Positions 21,195 to 30,292 of a stretch of DNA of 64,000 nucleotides are shown here, in pieces. The stretch is taken from assembly GCA_963767005.1 (NCBI GenBank), contig CAVYCN010000019.1, forward strand, positions 64,001 through 128,000. Direction: 5' to 3'. Each line of letters starts with the position of its first letter. Position 1 is the first letter of the stretch. The notes beneath the pieces were generated by a model. That model had not been told where the DNA came from, did no database searches, and worked only from the letters and a program-made list of their open reading frames with translations. A program made the translations under genes and the position numbers. This DNA is from an uncultured Actinomycetes bacterium (GTDB taxonomy: Bacteria > Actinomycetota > Thermoleophilia > UBA2241).

Positions 21195-21556
21195 GTTTCA
21201 GTTCCCTTCGTAGGTCGGCGTTTGCTGACGTTCCTGGGTCAGGCACACCTCGCGAAGCGCACACACCGCCCGCCGCCGCGACCGCGGGCCGGACGGCGCG
21301 CAGCGGCGCTTCGCTTCCGCGCGCACGAGTTGATAGACTACGCCGCCTTCGTGCCCAAACACAACTCGCTCCACACCACCCGGCTTGCCGCACAGCCGCC
21401 CAGACGTCCTCGCGCCCAGCCGGCGACGACAGGCCCAGAGCCGCAGCGAGGGCGACCACAAGCTAGCGGTAGTTCCGACGCCGTCGATCACCCCTTCCTT
21501 GCGGTCGCCGGGCGGCAGCCGCCCGCCGCGCGGCTCCATGCCCGCCGCGGCGACCG

Positions 21557-21623
21557 TCTCCGACGTTTGTCGCCGCGACCGGCTGCGACGCGTGCGGCGG
21601 CGGCTATCTCCGACGTTTGTCGC
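21557..21623. repeat. Perfect 17-bp direct repeat tctccgacgtttgtcgc, 50-bp period
   Basis: Copies at 21557-21573 and 21607-21623 in the divergent intergenic region. Confidence 0.85.
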
Positions 21624-21651
21624 GACGGCCCTCTGGTGACAAGTTGCCACG

Positions 21652-22605
21652 ATGAGGTCAGACCCCACACCGGCGCGGCCGTCTCCCACCGCCGCGGCGT
21701 CGCGACCCTCGGGCGGCACTCCGGCGCGCGACGACCGGCAGGCCATGCACGACGAGGCGCGGGCCGTGATCGACGCGGCCCGCGCCGAGGGCATGACGAT
21801 GCGACTGCTCGGCGGCCTCGGCGTGCGCGAGCACTGCCGCGACCTCGAGCTCTGCGCGCGCGACTACTCCGACATCGACATGGTCGCGCGGGCGTCCGAG
21901 TCGCGGCGGCTGCCCACCGTGTTCGCCCGCTTCGGCTACCACGAGGACTACGGCGTCGCCGGCGCGACCGGCAACGGCCAGCTACGGTTCGTGCGGCCCT
22001 GCCGCCACGGCGCCGCGCAGCGGCCCGCTCCGCACGACGACGACCACGTCGACGTCTTCCTCGACACGTTTCGCATGGACCACGTGCTCGCCCTCGGCGA
22101 CCGCCTGCACATCGACCGGTACACCCTGGCGCCTTCCGACCTGCTGCTCACCAAGCTGCAGATCTTCAGGCTGACCGGCAAGGACGCGCGCGACGTCGTG
22201 ACGCTGCTCGACGCGCTCGAGGTGCACGGCCCGGCGGGACCGCCGGCGACCGCCACGACCGTGCGCGAGCCGGCGCCTGCGGCCGCCGCGACTGTACGTG
22301 GGCCGGCGGCGACGGCCGCCTCCGGCGCCGGCCGCGACGCGCGCCAGACGATCGACGCCGCCGCCATCGCCCGGCGCTGCGCCGCGGACTGGGGCCTCTT
22401 CCACGACGTCACGACCAACCTGCAGCGGGTCGGCGAGCTGCTGCCGGGGTTCGCGCTCGACGACGCCGGCGCGGCGCGCGTGCGGCGCGGCCTCGCGCGT
22501 CTGGTCGGCGCCCTCGACGATGTGCCCAAGAGCCGGCGCTTCAGGTTGCGCGCCAGGATCGGCACCCGGGCGCCCTGGCACAGCGAGGTCGACGAGCAGG
22601 ACTGA
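21652..22605 (+). CDS. Uncharacterised nucleotidyltransferase-fold protein
   Basis: RLLGGLGV...YSDIDMV (G[GS]-x-DxD pattern), third acidic site HVDVF, DLLLTKLQI..KDARD; true start may be 21745. Confidence 0.6.
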   Translation: MRSDPTPARPSPTAAASRPSGGTPARDDRQAMHDEARAVIDAARAEGMTMRLLGGLGVREHCRDLELCARDYSDIDMVARASESRRLPTVFARFGYHEDYGVAGATGNGQLRFVRPCRHGAAQRPAPHDDDHVDVFLDTFRMDHVLALGDRLHIDRYTLAPSDLLLTKLQIFRLTGKDARDVVTLLDALEVHGPAGPPATATTVREPAPAAAATVRGPAATAASGAGRDARQTIDAAAIARRCAADWGLFHDVTTNLQRVGELLPGFALDDAGAARVRRGLARLVGALDDVPKSRRFRLRARIGTRAPWHSEVDEQD

Positions 22606-22649
22606 CGGGCACGACCGACGGTCCGCTCCGGCCGCGACGACGGGCGGCG

Positions 22650-23105
22650 TCAGTGAGCGGCCGGAGCCGGCAGCTCGACGACCTGCCGGTAGCGACGCTC
22701 CACGAGAAAGCGGCGGACGCGCTGCTCCAGGTAGTCGCGCGCCGTCCGGAACGCGGTGAGGTCGTCGTCGTCGCTCGCCTGGGCGACTGGGTCGTCGACC
22801 GGCCAGTACTCGCGCGTGCCCACCCCGGGGAACATGGGGCAGGCCTTCTCGTCGCGGTCGCACACGGTGATCAGAAAGTCGAAGCGCGCCTTGCCCATGA
22901 ACTCGTCGAGGCCCTTGGAGCGCTGGTCGGCGATGTCGACCCCGCGCTCGGCCATGACGGCCACCGCGCGCGGGTCCACACCATCGGCGGTCGAGCCGGC
23001 GCTCGAGGCCTCGAAGGCGTCGGGAGCGAGCACCCGCAGGAAGCCTACGGCCATCTGGCTGCGCACGCTGTCGGCGCTCGACAGAAAGAGGACGCTCTTC
23101 GCCAC
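22650..23105 (-). CDS. ArsC/LMW-PTP family protein with degenerate P-loop
   Basis: VLFLSSADSVRSQMA, SAGS, VMAERGVDI..QRSKGL, ITVCD...CPMFPG, WPVDDP, FRTARD; GTG start after ggagg. Confidence 0.8.
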   Translation of the reverse strand: MAKSVLFLSSADSVRSQMAVGFLRVLAPDAFEASSAGSTADGVDPRAVAVMAERGVDIADQRSKGLDEFMGKARFDFLITVCDRDEKACPMFPGVGTREYWPVDDPVAQASDDDDLTAFRTARDYLEQRVRRFLVERRYRQVVELPAPAAH

Positions 23106-23192
23106 TGTCGCCTCCGTTGGACGAACGGTTTGTCTGTGATGGATAGTACCCAACACCAAACGGCCCGGGCGGCGACAGCGCCGGACGGGCCG

Positions 23193-24092
23193 TCAGCCGG
23201 ACCGACCCTCGGTCCAGACGAAGGTGCCGTCGCGCAAGTCCGTCAGCGCCTGCTCGAGCTCGGCCCGCGTGTTCATGACGAACGGGCCGTAGCGGGCGAT
23301 CGGTTCGCCGAGCGGCGCCCCCGAGATGAGCAGCAGCCGACCGCCCTGCACACCGGAGCGCATCGTCGCCTCGTCGCCGTCGCCCAGCACGGCGAGCGCC
23401 GGCGCCGACACCAGGCCGGAGGCGTCGTCGGGCTCCCGCTCGCCGTCGCCGATCTCGGGTCCGAGCGCAACGCTCCCGCGGTAGACGTAAGCGAACGCGG
23501 CGTGACCACGCGGCACGGCCTGGGTGAACATGCTACGCGCCGGCAGCTCGACGTCGAGGTATCCCGGCTGGGCGTAGATCGCCGTCACCGGACCGCGCAC
23601 CCCGTCGACCTCCCCGGCGACGACCCGGACGCGTACGCCGCCCGACCGCTCGACCACCGCGATCGCGGCCGCCGCGACGTCTTGGTAGCGCGGTCGCGAC
23701 ATCTTGAGCGCGGCCGGCATGTTGACCCAGAGCTGGAAGCCGGCCATGCGGCCGTCACGCGGGCGCGGCATCTCCTCGTGCATGATGCCGCCGCCGGCCG
23801 TCATCCACTGGGCGTCGCCGGGACCGATCGTGCCGGCGTTGCCGAGCGTGTCCTTGTGGTCGACCTCGCCAGCCAGCATGTAGGTCACGGTCTCGATGCC
23901 GCGGTGCGGGTGGAGCGGAAAGCCAGCCAGATAGTCGGCGGGGTCGTCCGACTCGAAGTGGTCGAGCAGCAGGAAGGGGTCGTGATAGTCGAGCGAGAGG
24001 CCGCCGATCGTGCGCAGCAGCCGCACGCCGGCGCCTTCGATCACCGGACGCGGGCGCACCACCCGCGCGACCTGCCTCACAAGCACCGCCAT
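23193..24092 (-). CDS. Pirin family protein
   Basis: DPFLLLDHF, GFPLHPHRGIETVTY, WMTAGGGIMHEE, QLWVN, YGPFVMNT. Confidence 0.92.
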   Translation of the reverse strand: MAVLVRQVARVVRPRPVIEGAGVRLLRTIGGLSLDYHDPFLLLDHFESDDPADYLAGFPLHPHRGIETVTYMLAGEVDHKDTLGNAGTIGPGDAQWMTAGGGIMHEEMPRPRDGRMAGFQLWVNMPAALKMSRPRYQDVAAAAIAVVERSGGVRVRVVAGEVDGVRGPVTAIYAQPGYLDVELPARSMFTQAVPRGHAAFAYVYRGSVALGPEIGDGEREPDDASGLVSAPALAVLGDGDEATMRSGVQGGRLLLISGAPLGEPIARYGPFVMNTRAELEQALTDLRDGTFVWTEGRSG

Positions 24093-24454
24093 GGCCCCTC
24101 CTTCGCACGCGTCGCCACCTGATGCCCGGCGAGCCACGGTGGGAAACGAGCGGCCGTCCCGGGACCCGCTCGGCGCCCGGGCCTGGCTCAGCCGCCGCGC
24201 GCCGCCGGCCGGCAGTCGCGCCAAGTCGGTCCGCCCCGACCGTCATCGTCGAGCAGCGTCGGGGCGACCTCGCCGGCTCGCGCGACCGCGAGGGCCTTGA
24301 CTTCGGGCACGCCGCGCCCGACACTTGGCCGGCCTCTCCGCGGGTCAAGTCGGTCGACCGGCGCTCCGATACCGCACAGCAACCACGCCTGCGCCGCCGC
24401 CCCGCGAGTGGCGCGAGGCCGCAGGGGACACGGGGTGCTCGAGGTGCAGGGAGC

Positions 24455-26131
24455 ATGAAGGACGGCCAGACCATCATCGCCGAGATCGGGGCCACGATCG
24501 CTTCGACTCTCGAGGTGGGCGACGTCATGGCCAGGATCGCCCGTCAGGTCGGTCAGGCGTTCGACGTCTACTCGTGCGACATCCACCGCTACGACGCCGA
24601 GAACGACCTGCTCACCTACCTCGCCTTCTGGGACCGCGAGCTCGAGCGCGGCGACGGACCCTGGGTCTGCGAGGCGCACCACCAGGTGAGCGAGCAGGTG
24701 ACCGGCGAACCGTTCCACCCCGACCTGCGACCGAGCTTCCTGCCCACCGTGCGCGAGGGCAAGATCGTCGAGGTCCACCGCGACGACCCCGGCCTGCCCG
24801 CGGCCGAGGCCCGCGAGATGGACCGCTGGAGCGAGAAGTCCACGCTGGACGCGCCGCTCGAGTTCGACGGCAGGATCATCGGCGTGCTCGGCCTCGTCGA
24901 GACCGCCTCGTGCCGACGCTTCACGCCCGACGAGATCGAGCTCTTCGCCCAGGTCGCCGTGCTCGCGGCCATCGCCATCCGCAACGCCGATCTGTTCACC
25001 GAGCTCGAGCAGCAGAACCGCTCGCTGCACTCGCTGCTCAAGGCGAGCCGGGCGCTCACCTCGACGGTCGGGCTCGACGAGACCCTGACCGTCATGGCCC
25101 GCTCGGCCGCGGAGGCCCTGAACGTGCCGGGCAGCGCCATCTACGAGTACCTCACCGACGAGCGTGCCCTGGTGCCGCGCACCTCGTTCGGCGCGGCCGA
25201 GATCGAGCAGGCCAACGTGCCCATCCCGATCGAGCGCCACTCGGGCGACCGCCTGGCGCTCGAGCAGCGCGAGATCGTGCTCGAGCGGGTGACCGACGAG
25301 TCGGTGCCGGCGCACGTGCGGCAGGCCATGCGCGCCGCCGGCGAGCTGACCCACCTGCACGTGCCCCTGGTCTACGGCGATCACCTGCTCGGCACGATGC
25401 TGCTCGTCGAGCGCTCCGGGCAGCGCGAGTTCACCTCGTATGAGCTCGAGATGGCTCGCGGCCTCGGCGAGCATGCCGCCGCCGCCCTGCACGCCGGACG
25501 CGCCTACCAGGCCATGCAGGTCCAGGCCCTGACCGACGGTCTGACCGGGCTGTTCAACTACCGCCACCTGAACGACCGCTTGCGCGAGGAGACGGCGCGC
25601 TTTCGCCGCTACCGCACGCCGCTCTCGCTGCTCATGTGCGACGTCGACGACTTCAAGCAGTTCAACGACACATACGGCCACCAGGCCGGCGACGCCGCCC
25701 TCGTCGCGGTCGCGCACGTCCTGAGCGACACGCTGCGCGCCGACATCGATGTCGTGTGCCGCTACGGCGGCGACGAGTTCGCCGCCCTGCTGCCCAACAC
25801 GCCGCTCGACCACCAGACCGGCGGCGACGGCGCGCCCACGGGCCGCGAGAACGTGCGCTCCGAGGGCGCCATGGCGACGGCCGAGCGCCTGCGGGCGGCC
25901 GTCGAGGAACGCGCCCGCGACCTCGTCACGCCGCCGCTCGCGCGGGCCATCACGATCAGCGTGGGTGTTTCGTGCATCGCCGCCGAACCGCACACCCCCG
26001 AGGAGCTCGTGGCCGCCGCCGACCGCGCGCTCTACCAGGCCAAGCGGCGCGGCCAGGACCGCGTCGAAGCCTGCACGCCCGAGCACGAGCGTACGGCGCC
26101 CGCCGCGCCGGTGTCCGTCCCGGGCGCCTGA
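24455..26131 (+). CDS. Diguanylate cyclase with two GAF domains
   Basis: Two GAF repeats, TDGLTGLFNYR, DVDDFKQFNDTYGHQAGD, RYGGDEF. Confidence 0.9.
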   Translation: MKDGQTIIAEIGATIASTLEVGDVMARIARQVGQAFDVYSCDIHRYDAENDLLTYLAFWDRELERGDGPWVCEAHHQVSEQVTGEPFHPDLRPSFLPTVREGKIVEVHRDDPGLPAAEAREMDRWSEKSTLDAPLEFDGRIIGVLGLVETASCRRFTPDEIELFAQVAVLAAIAIRNADLFTELEQQNRSLHSLLKASRALTSTVGLDETLTVMARSAAEALNVPGSAIYEYLTDERALVPRTSFGAAEIEQANVPIPIERHSGDRLALEQREIVLERVTDESVPAHVRQAMRAAGELTHLHVPLVYGDHLLGTMLLVERSGQREFTSYELEMARGLGEHAAAALHAGRAYQAMQVQALTDGLTGLFNYRHLNDRLREETARFRRYRTPLSLLMCDVDDFKQFNDTYGHQAGDAALVAVAHVLSDTLRADIDVVCRYGGDEFAALLPNTPLDHQTGGDGAPTGRENVRSEGAMATAERLRAAVEERARDLVTPPLARAITISVGVSCIAAEPHTPEELVAAADRALYQAKRRGQDRVEACTPEHERTAPAAPVSVPGA

Positions 26132-26271
26132 GCCCCCAGCGCGACGCGCGGGGCGTCTCCAAGACTGACGAAGGGTTCCGTACCATCCTCTCCTTGACGA
26201 CCGCGCCGCGGCTTGGTACAAGCCGGGCAAGCTCGCAAACGTCGAGATCGCACGTCGCTCAGGGGGGAACC

Positions 26272-28491
26272 ATGTCGCCTGCCCGCCGCACCCTGCTCGC
26301 CAGCCTCGCCACCCTCGTCGCTTTGTTCGCCGGCGCCCTGGCCCTGCCCGCCGCCGCCGCCGCGCTGACATCGACCGGCGACGGCTCCTGGGTGTGGCAG
26401 AACCCGCAGCCCATGGGCACCATCATGAACGGCGTCAGCTTCGTGTCGGCCAGCCAGGGCTGGGCCGTCGGCGACGGCGGCGCCGTGCTCATGACCATGA
26501 ACGGCGGCGCGACCTGGACGGCCGAGCACTCCGGCTCGTCGGCGTATCTGACGGGCGTCGACTTCACCGACGCGCTGCACGGCTGGGCGGTCGGCGAGAT
26601 CGGCTACGAGGGTGTGGTGCTGGCGACCACGAACGGCGGCCTGTCCTGGCGCCTGCAGGACACGGTCGCCAACGACGAGCTCACCGGGGTGCGGTTCGCC
26701 GACGCGCGGCACGGCTGGATGGTCGGCCTGAACGGCACCACCTTCGCCACGACCGACGGCGGCGCGCACTGGACGAGGCACTCGGGCGCCGCCACCGACA
26801 GCCTGTACGGCATCGCCTGTGCCGGCACCCTGCGGGCCTGGGCCACCGGCGACGGCGGCGAGATCGAGGCCACGACCGACGGCGGCAAGCACTGGCGGCT
26901 GCAGGGCGTCGGCATCACGGACGAGGACCTGAACGCGGTCACCTTCGCCAGCGCTGCCGACGGTTGGGCGGTCGGCGATTCCGGCACGATCGTCGCCACG
27001 ACCGACGGCGGCAAGCACTGGCGGCTGCAGGGCGTCGGCATCACGTCGGAGTACCTGAGGGCCGTCGCCTTCCGTGACGCCGCGCACGGCTACGCCGTCG
27101 GCAACAGCGGCACCGTCCTGCGCACGGCAAACGGCGGCAAGAAGTGGACCGCGAGCTCGCCGACGACGGTCGATCTGTGCGCGGTCGCCGCGCCGGCGAC
27201 CGGCAGGGCCTGCGCCGTGGGGCGCGACGCGGTCTCGCTGCTCAGTACGAACGGCGGCAGCACCTGGACGCAGCACGGCGCCCAGGGGCCGACCGGAGAG
27301 CTCGACGCCGTGTCCTTCCCCGACGCCCTGAACGGCTGGGCGGCCGGCGACGGTGACGAGACCGTGCTGCACACCAGCGACGGCGGCGCCACGTGGGCGT
27401 CGCAGGACGCCGGCGCGGGAGCCGCGCTTCTGGCCGTGCATTTCGCCGACTCTCAGCACGGCTGGGCGGCCGGGTTCTCGGGCCAAATCTACGGCACCAC
27501 CGACGGCGGGCAGACCTGGCAGCAGCAGGGCGCCGGGGTGACGACGCAGAACCTCGAGGCCGTCGCGACGACCGACGCCCAGCACGCCTGGGCGAGCGGC
27601 GAGGCCGGCACCATCGTCGCCACGACCGACGGCGGTCAGACCTGGCAGCAGCAGAGCGTCGATCTCCCGACAGGCTACGGGACCGACACGGTCTACAGCC
27701 TGGCCTTCGCCAGCGACGACGTCGGCTGGGCCGCCTGTTTTAACCCGATGTCGGGCTCGCGGAACGGCGTGATCCTCGGCACCACCAACGGCGGCGGGAC
27801 CTGGACGGTCCAGTACTCGAACGACAACGACGAGCTGTACGCCGCAGCCTGTGCAGGCACGTCCGACGCCTGGGTCGCGTCGAGCACGAACAGCACTGTG
27901 TACCGCACGACCGACGGCGGCACGACGTGGACCCCGGTGGGGCTCGGCGCGCTCGCCAGCGGCGTGCTCAGCGTCGCCTTCGCCCCCGACGCTCTCCACG
28001 GCTGGGCGACCACGTGGATGCCGACCGACGGCATTATCGCGACGACCGACGGCGGCGCCACCTGGACGGGGCAGGACGTCGGCACGGGCCAGTCCCTGTA
28101 CGGCCTGGCCTGTACCGATGCGACCCACGCCTGGGCCGTCGGCGAAGAGGGCGGCATCCTCGCCACGGCCACCGGCGGCGTGCGCGACACGACGCGCCCC
28201 CGCACGACTGCGCTCAAGGCCGTCACGGTAGTGCACAACCACCGCTGCAGCCTGCGCTACAAGGTCACCGACGCGGGCGGCGGCACGGCCCTCGTCGTCA
28301 TCCTCATCAAGACCACGCACGGCAAGCTCGTGCGCTCGCTCACGCTCGGCTCGCGAGCCGAGAACACACCGCTGTCGGTCTCGCTCAAGGCGACGATGGC
28401 CAAGGGCAGCTACCGCTGGTACGTCGTGGCGACCGACGCCGCCGGCAACACGCAGGCGAGCGTCGGCAGCGCGAAGCTGACCGTCAAGTAG
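26272..28491 (+). CDS. Secreted YCF48/BNR (Asp-box) repeat beta-propeller protein with C-terminal Ig-like domain
   Basis: Signal peptide MSPARRTLLASLATLVALFAGALALPAAAAA; many GWAVG...TTDGGxTW repeats of about 42 aa; beta-rich C-terminus (GSYRWYVVATDAAGN). Confidence 0.85.
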   Translation: MSPARRTLLASLATLVALFAGALALPAAAAALTSTGDGSWVWQNPQPMGTIMNGVSFVSASQGWAVGDGGAVLMTMNGGATWTAEHSGSSAYLTGVDFTDALHGWAVGEIGYEGVVLATTNGGLSWRLQDTVANDELTGVRFADARHGWMVGLNGTTFATTDGGAHWTRHSGAATDSLYGIACAGTLRAWATGDGGEIEATTDGGKHWRLQGVGITDEDLNAVTFASAADGWAVGDSGTIVATTDGGKHWRLQGVGITSEYLRAVAFRDAAHGYAVGNSGTVLRTANGGKKWTASSPTTVDLCAVAAPATGRACAVGRDAVSLLSTNGGSTWTQHGAQGPTGELDAVSFPDALNGWAAGDGDETVLHTSDGGATWASQDAGAGAALLAVHFADSQHGWAAGFSGQIYGTTDGGQTWQQQGAGVTTQNLEAVATTDAQHAWASGEAGTIVATTDGGQTWQQQSVDLPTGYGTDTVYSLAFASDDVGWAACFNPMSGSRNGVILGTTNGGGTWTVQYSNDNDELYAAACAGTSDAWVASSTNSTVYRTTDGGTTWTPVGLGALASGVLSVAFAPDALHGWATTWMPTDGIIATTDGGATWTGQDVGTGQSLYGLACTDATHAWAVGEEGGILATATGGVRDTTRPRTTALKAVTVVHNHRCSLRYKVTDAGGGTALVVILIKTTHGKLVRSLTLGSRAENTPLSVSLKATMAKGSYRWYVVATDAAGNTQASVGSAKLTVK

Positions 28492-30292
28492 AGGGTGAGA
28501 AAGGCCCGAGAGCGGCGGCCGGCGCAGCCGGCCGCCGCTCTCGCGGCACCGTGGCGATCGGCATCCGCCAGCCCACACCGAAGGCACGGTCGGTGACCTT
28601 CAGGCCCGGCGCCGCCTGCTTGCGCTTGAACTCGTTGGCGGCCACCAGGCGCACGACGCGCTCGACGGTCGCCCGCTCATAGCCGCGGACGACGATCTCG
28701 TCGGCCCCCAGGTGCTCCTCGATCAGCAGCGCGAGGATACCGTCGAGCACGTCGTAGGGCGGCAGGCTGTCCTGGTCGGTCTGGTCGGGTCGCAGCTCGG
28801 CCGACGGCGCCTTGTCGATGATCGCCCGGGGGATCACCTCGTGCCCCTCGCGCTCGTTCACAAAGCGCGCCACGGCGTAGACCATGGTCTTGGGCACGTC
28901 GGAGATCACGGCGAGACCGCCGGACATGTCGCCGTAGATCGTGCAGTAGCCCACCGCGAGCTCCGACTTGTTGCCGGTCGTGAGCAGCAGCGAGTCGAAC
29001 TTGTTGGAGAGCGCCATGAGCAGGTTGCCGCGGATGCGCGCCTGGACGTTCTCTTCGGTCACGCCGGGCGGGAGCCCGGCGAACACCGGCGCCAGGGCCG
29101 CGTCGAAGGCGGCCATGAGGTCGGCGATCGGCAGGGTCACCGTGCGCAGGCCGAGGTTGGCGGACAGGGCGCGGGCGTCGGTCACGCTGCCTTCGCTCGA
29201 GAACGGCGACGGCATGAGCACGGTCAGCACGTTGCCGGCGCCGAGCGCCTCGGCCGCCACGGTCGCAACCAGAGCCGAGTCGATGCCGCCCGAGAGGCCG
29301 AGCAGGGCGCGCCGAAAACCGCTCTTGGCGACGTAGTCGCGTACGCCGAGCACGAGTGCCTGCCACACCTCGGCGGCCGGCGTGAAGTCGTCGGGGGCAA
29401 GCGCGGCCGGCGGCGCGAGCGGCACAGCGCGTGCCGTGGCGGGCCCGTCGCGCCGGCCGGCGCTGGCGTCGCCGGCCGCGGCCGGCGACGCTGCGGCGGC
29501 CGCGTCGCCGGCAGGGCCGGCCGCGAGCTCGTCGAGCTCGACGACGAGCACGTCGGGGGCGAAGGCGGCGGCGCGAGCGACGAGCGCGCCTTCGGCGGTA
29601 AAGGCGCAGCTGCGCCCGTCGAAGACGAGCTCGTCGGCCGCGCCCACCTGGTTCACGTAGATCACCGGCACGCGGTACTTGCGGGCGAGCGCGCCGAGCA
29701 TGGCCTCGCGGTGACGCTGCTTGCCCATGGTGAAGGGCGAGGCCGAGAGGTTGAGCACGCACGAAGCGCCGGCGCCGATCAGCTCGCCGACGGGGTCTGA
29801 GTGGTAGCGCCGCCGCTGCCAGAAGTCGCGGTCGTTCCAGACGTCCTCACAGACCGACACCCCCAGGCGGCGGCCGTCCCAGGCGAGCACCTGCGCACCC
29901 CGGGCCGGCTCGAAGTAGCGGTCCTCGTCGAAGACGTCGTAGGTGGGCAGCAGCGTCTTGCGGTAGACCTCGCGCACCTCGCCGCCGGCGAGCAGCGCGG
30001 CCGCGTTGAAGAGCGGCCGCCCGGCGCCCTCGTTGGTCTCGGCGAGACCGACGAGCAGGGGCGGCCCCGCGGCGAGCTCGCGCGCGAGCTCGCCGCACAC
30101 CCGCCAGGAGCGCTCCACGAACGAGCGCCGCAGCAGCAGGTCGCGCGGCGGGTAGCCCAGCAGCACGAGCTCCGAGGCAACGGCAAGATCGGCGCCGGCG
30201 CGGCCCGCGGCCGCGGCGGCCGCGGCGATCAGCGCGGCGTTGCCCTCGAGGTCGCCGACCGTCGGGTCGAGCTGCAGAAGGGCGATCTTCAC
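28484..30292 (-). CDS. nadE: Glutamine-dependent NAD+ synthetase
   Basis: Nitrilase domain (SELVLLGYPPRDL, KTLLPTYDVFDE, VCEDVW) plus synthetase domain (GLSGGIDS, ENVQARIRG, TTGNKSE, PSAELRPDQTD); GTG start at 30292. Confidence 0.93.
   Translation of the reverse strand: MKIALLQLDPTVGDLEGNAALIAAAAAAAGRAGADLAVASELVLLGYPPRDLLLRRSFVERSWRVCGELARELAAGPPLLVGLAETNEGAGRPLFNAAALLAGGEVREVYRKTLLPTYDVFDEDRYFEPARGAQVLAWDGRRLGVSVCEDVWNDRDFWQRRRYHSDPVGELIGAGASCVLNLSASPFTMGKQRHREAMLGALARKYRVPVIYVNQVGAADELVFDGRSCAFTAEGALVARAAAFAPDVLVVELDELAAGPAGDAAAAASPAAAGDASAGRRDGPATARAVPLAPPAALAPDDFTPAAEVWQALVLGVRDYVAKSGFRRALLGLSGGIDSALVATVAAEALGAGNVLTVLMPSPFSSEGSVTDARALSANLGLRTVTLPIADLMAAFDAALAPVFAGLPPGVTEENVQARIRGNLLMALSNKFDSLLLTTGNKSELAVGYCTIYGDMSGGLAVISDVPKTMVYAVARFVNEREGHEVIPRAIIDKAPSAELRPDQTDQDSLPPYDVLDGILALLIEEHLGADEIVVRGYERATVERVVRLVAANEFKRKQAAPGLKVTDRAFGVGWRMPIATVPRERRPAAPAAALGPFSPST
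28507..28543. terminator. Perfect 17-bp stem / 3-nt loop hairpin at a convergent gene junction
   Basis: cgagagcggcggccggc-gca-gccggccgccgctctcg; no U-tract. Confidence 0.55.

Noticed and set aside
21455-21470. accacaagctagcggt as an NrdR box
   Set aside because: Weak match, single copy, and no nrd genes nearby.
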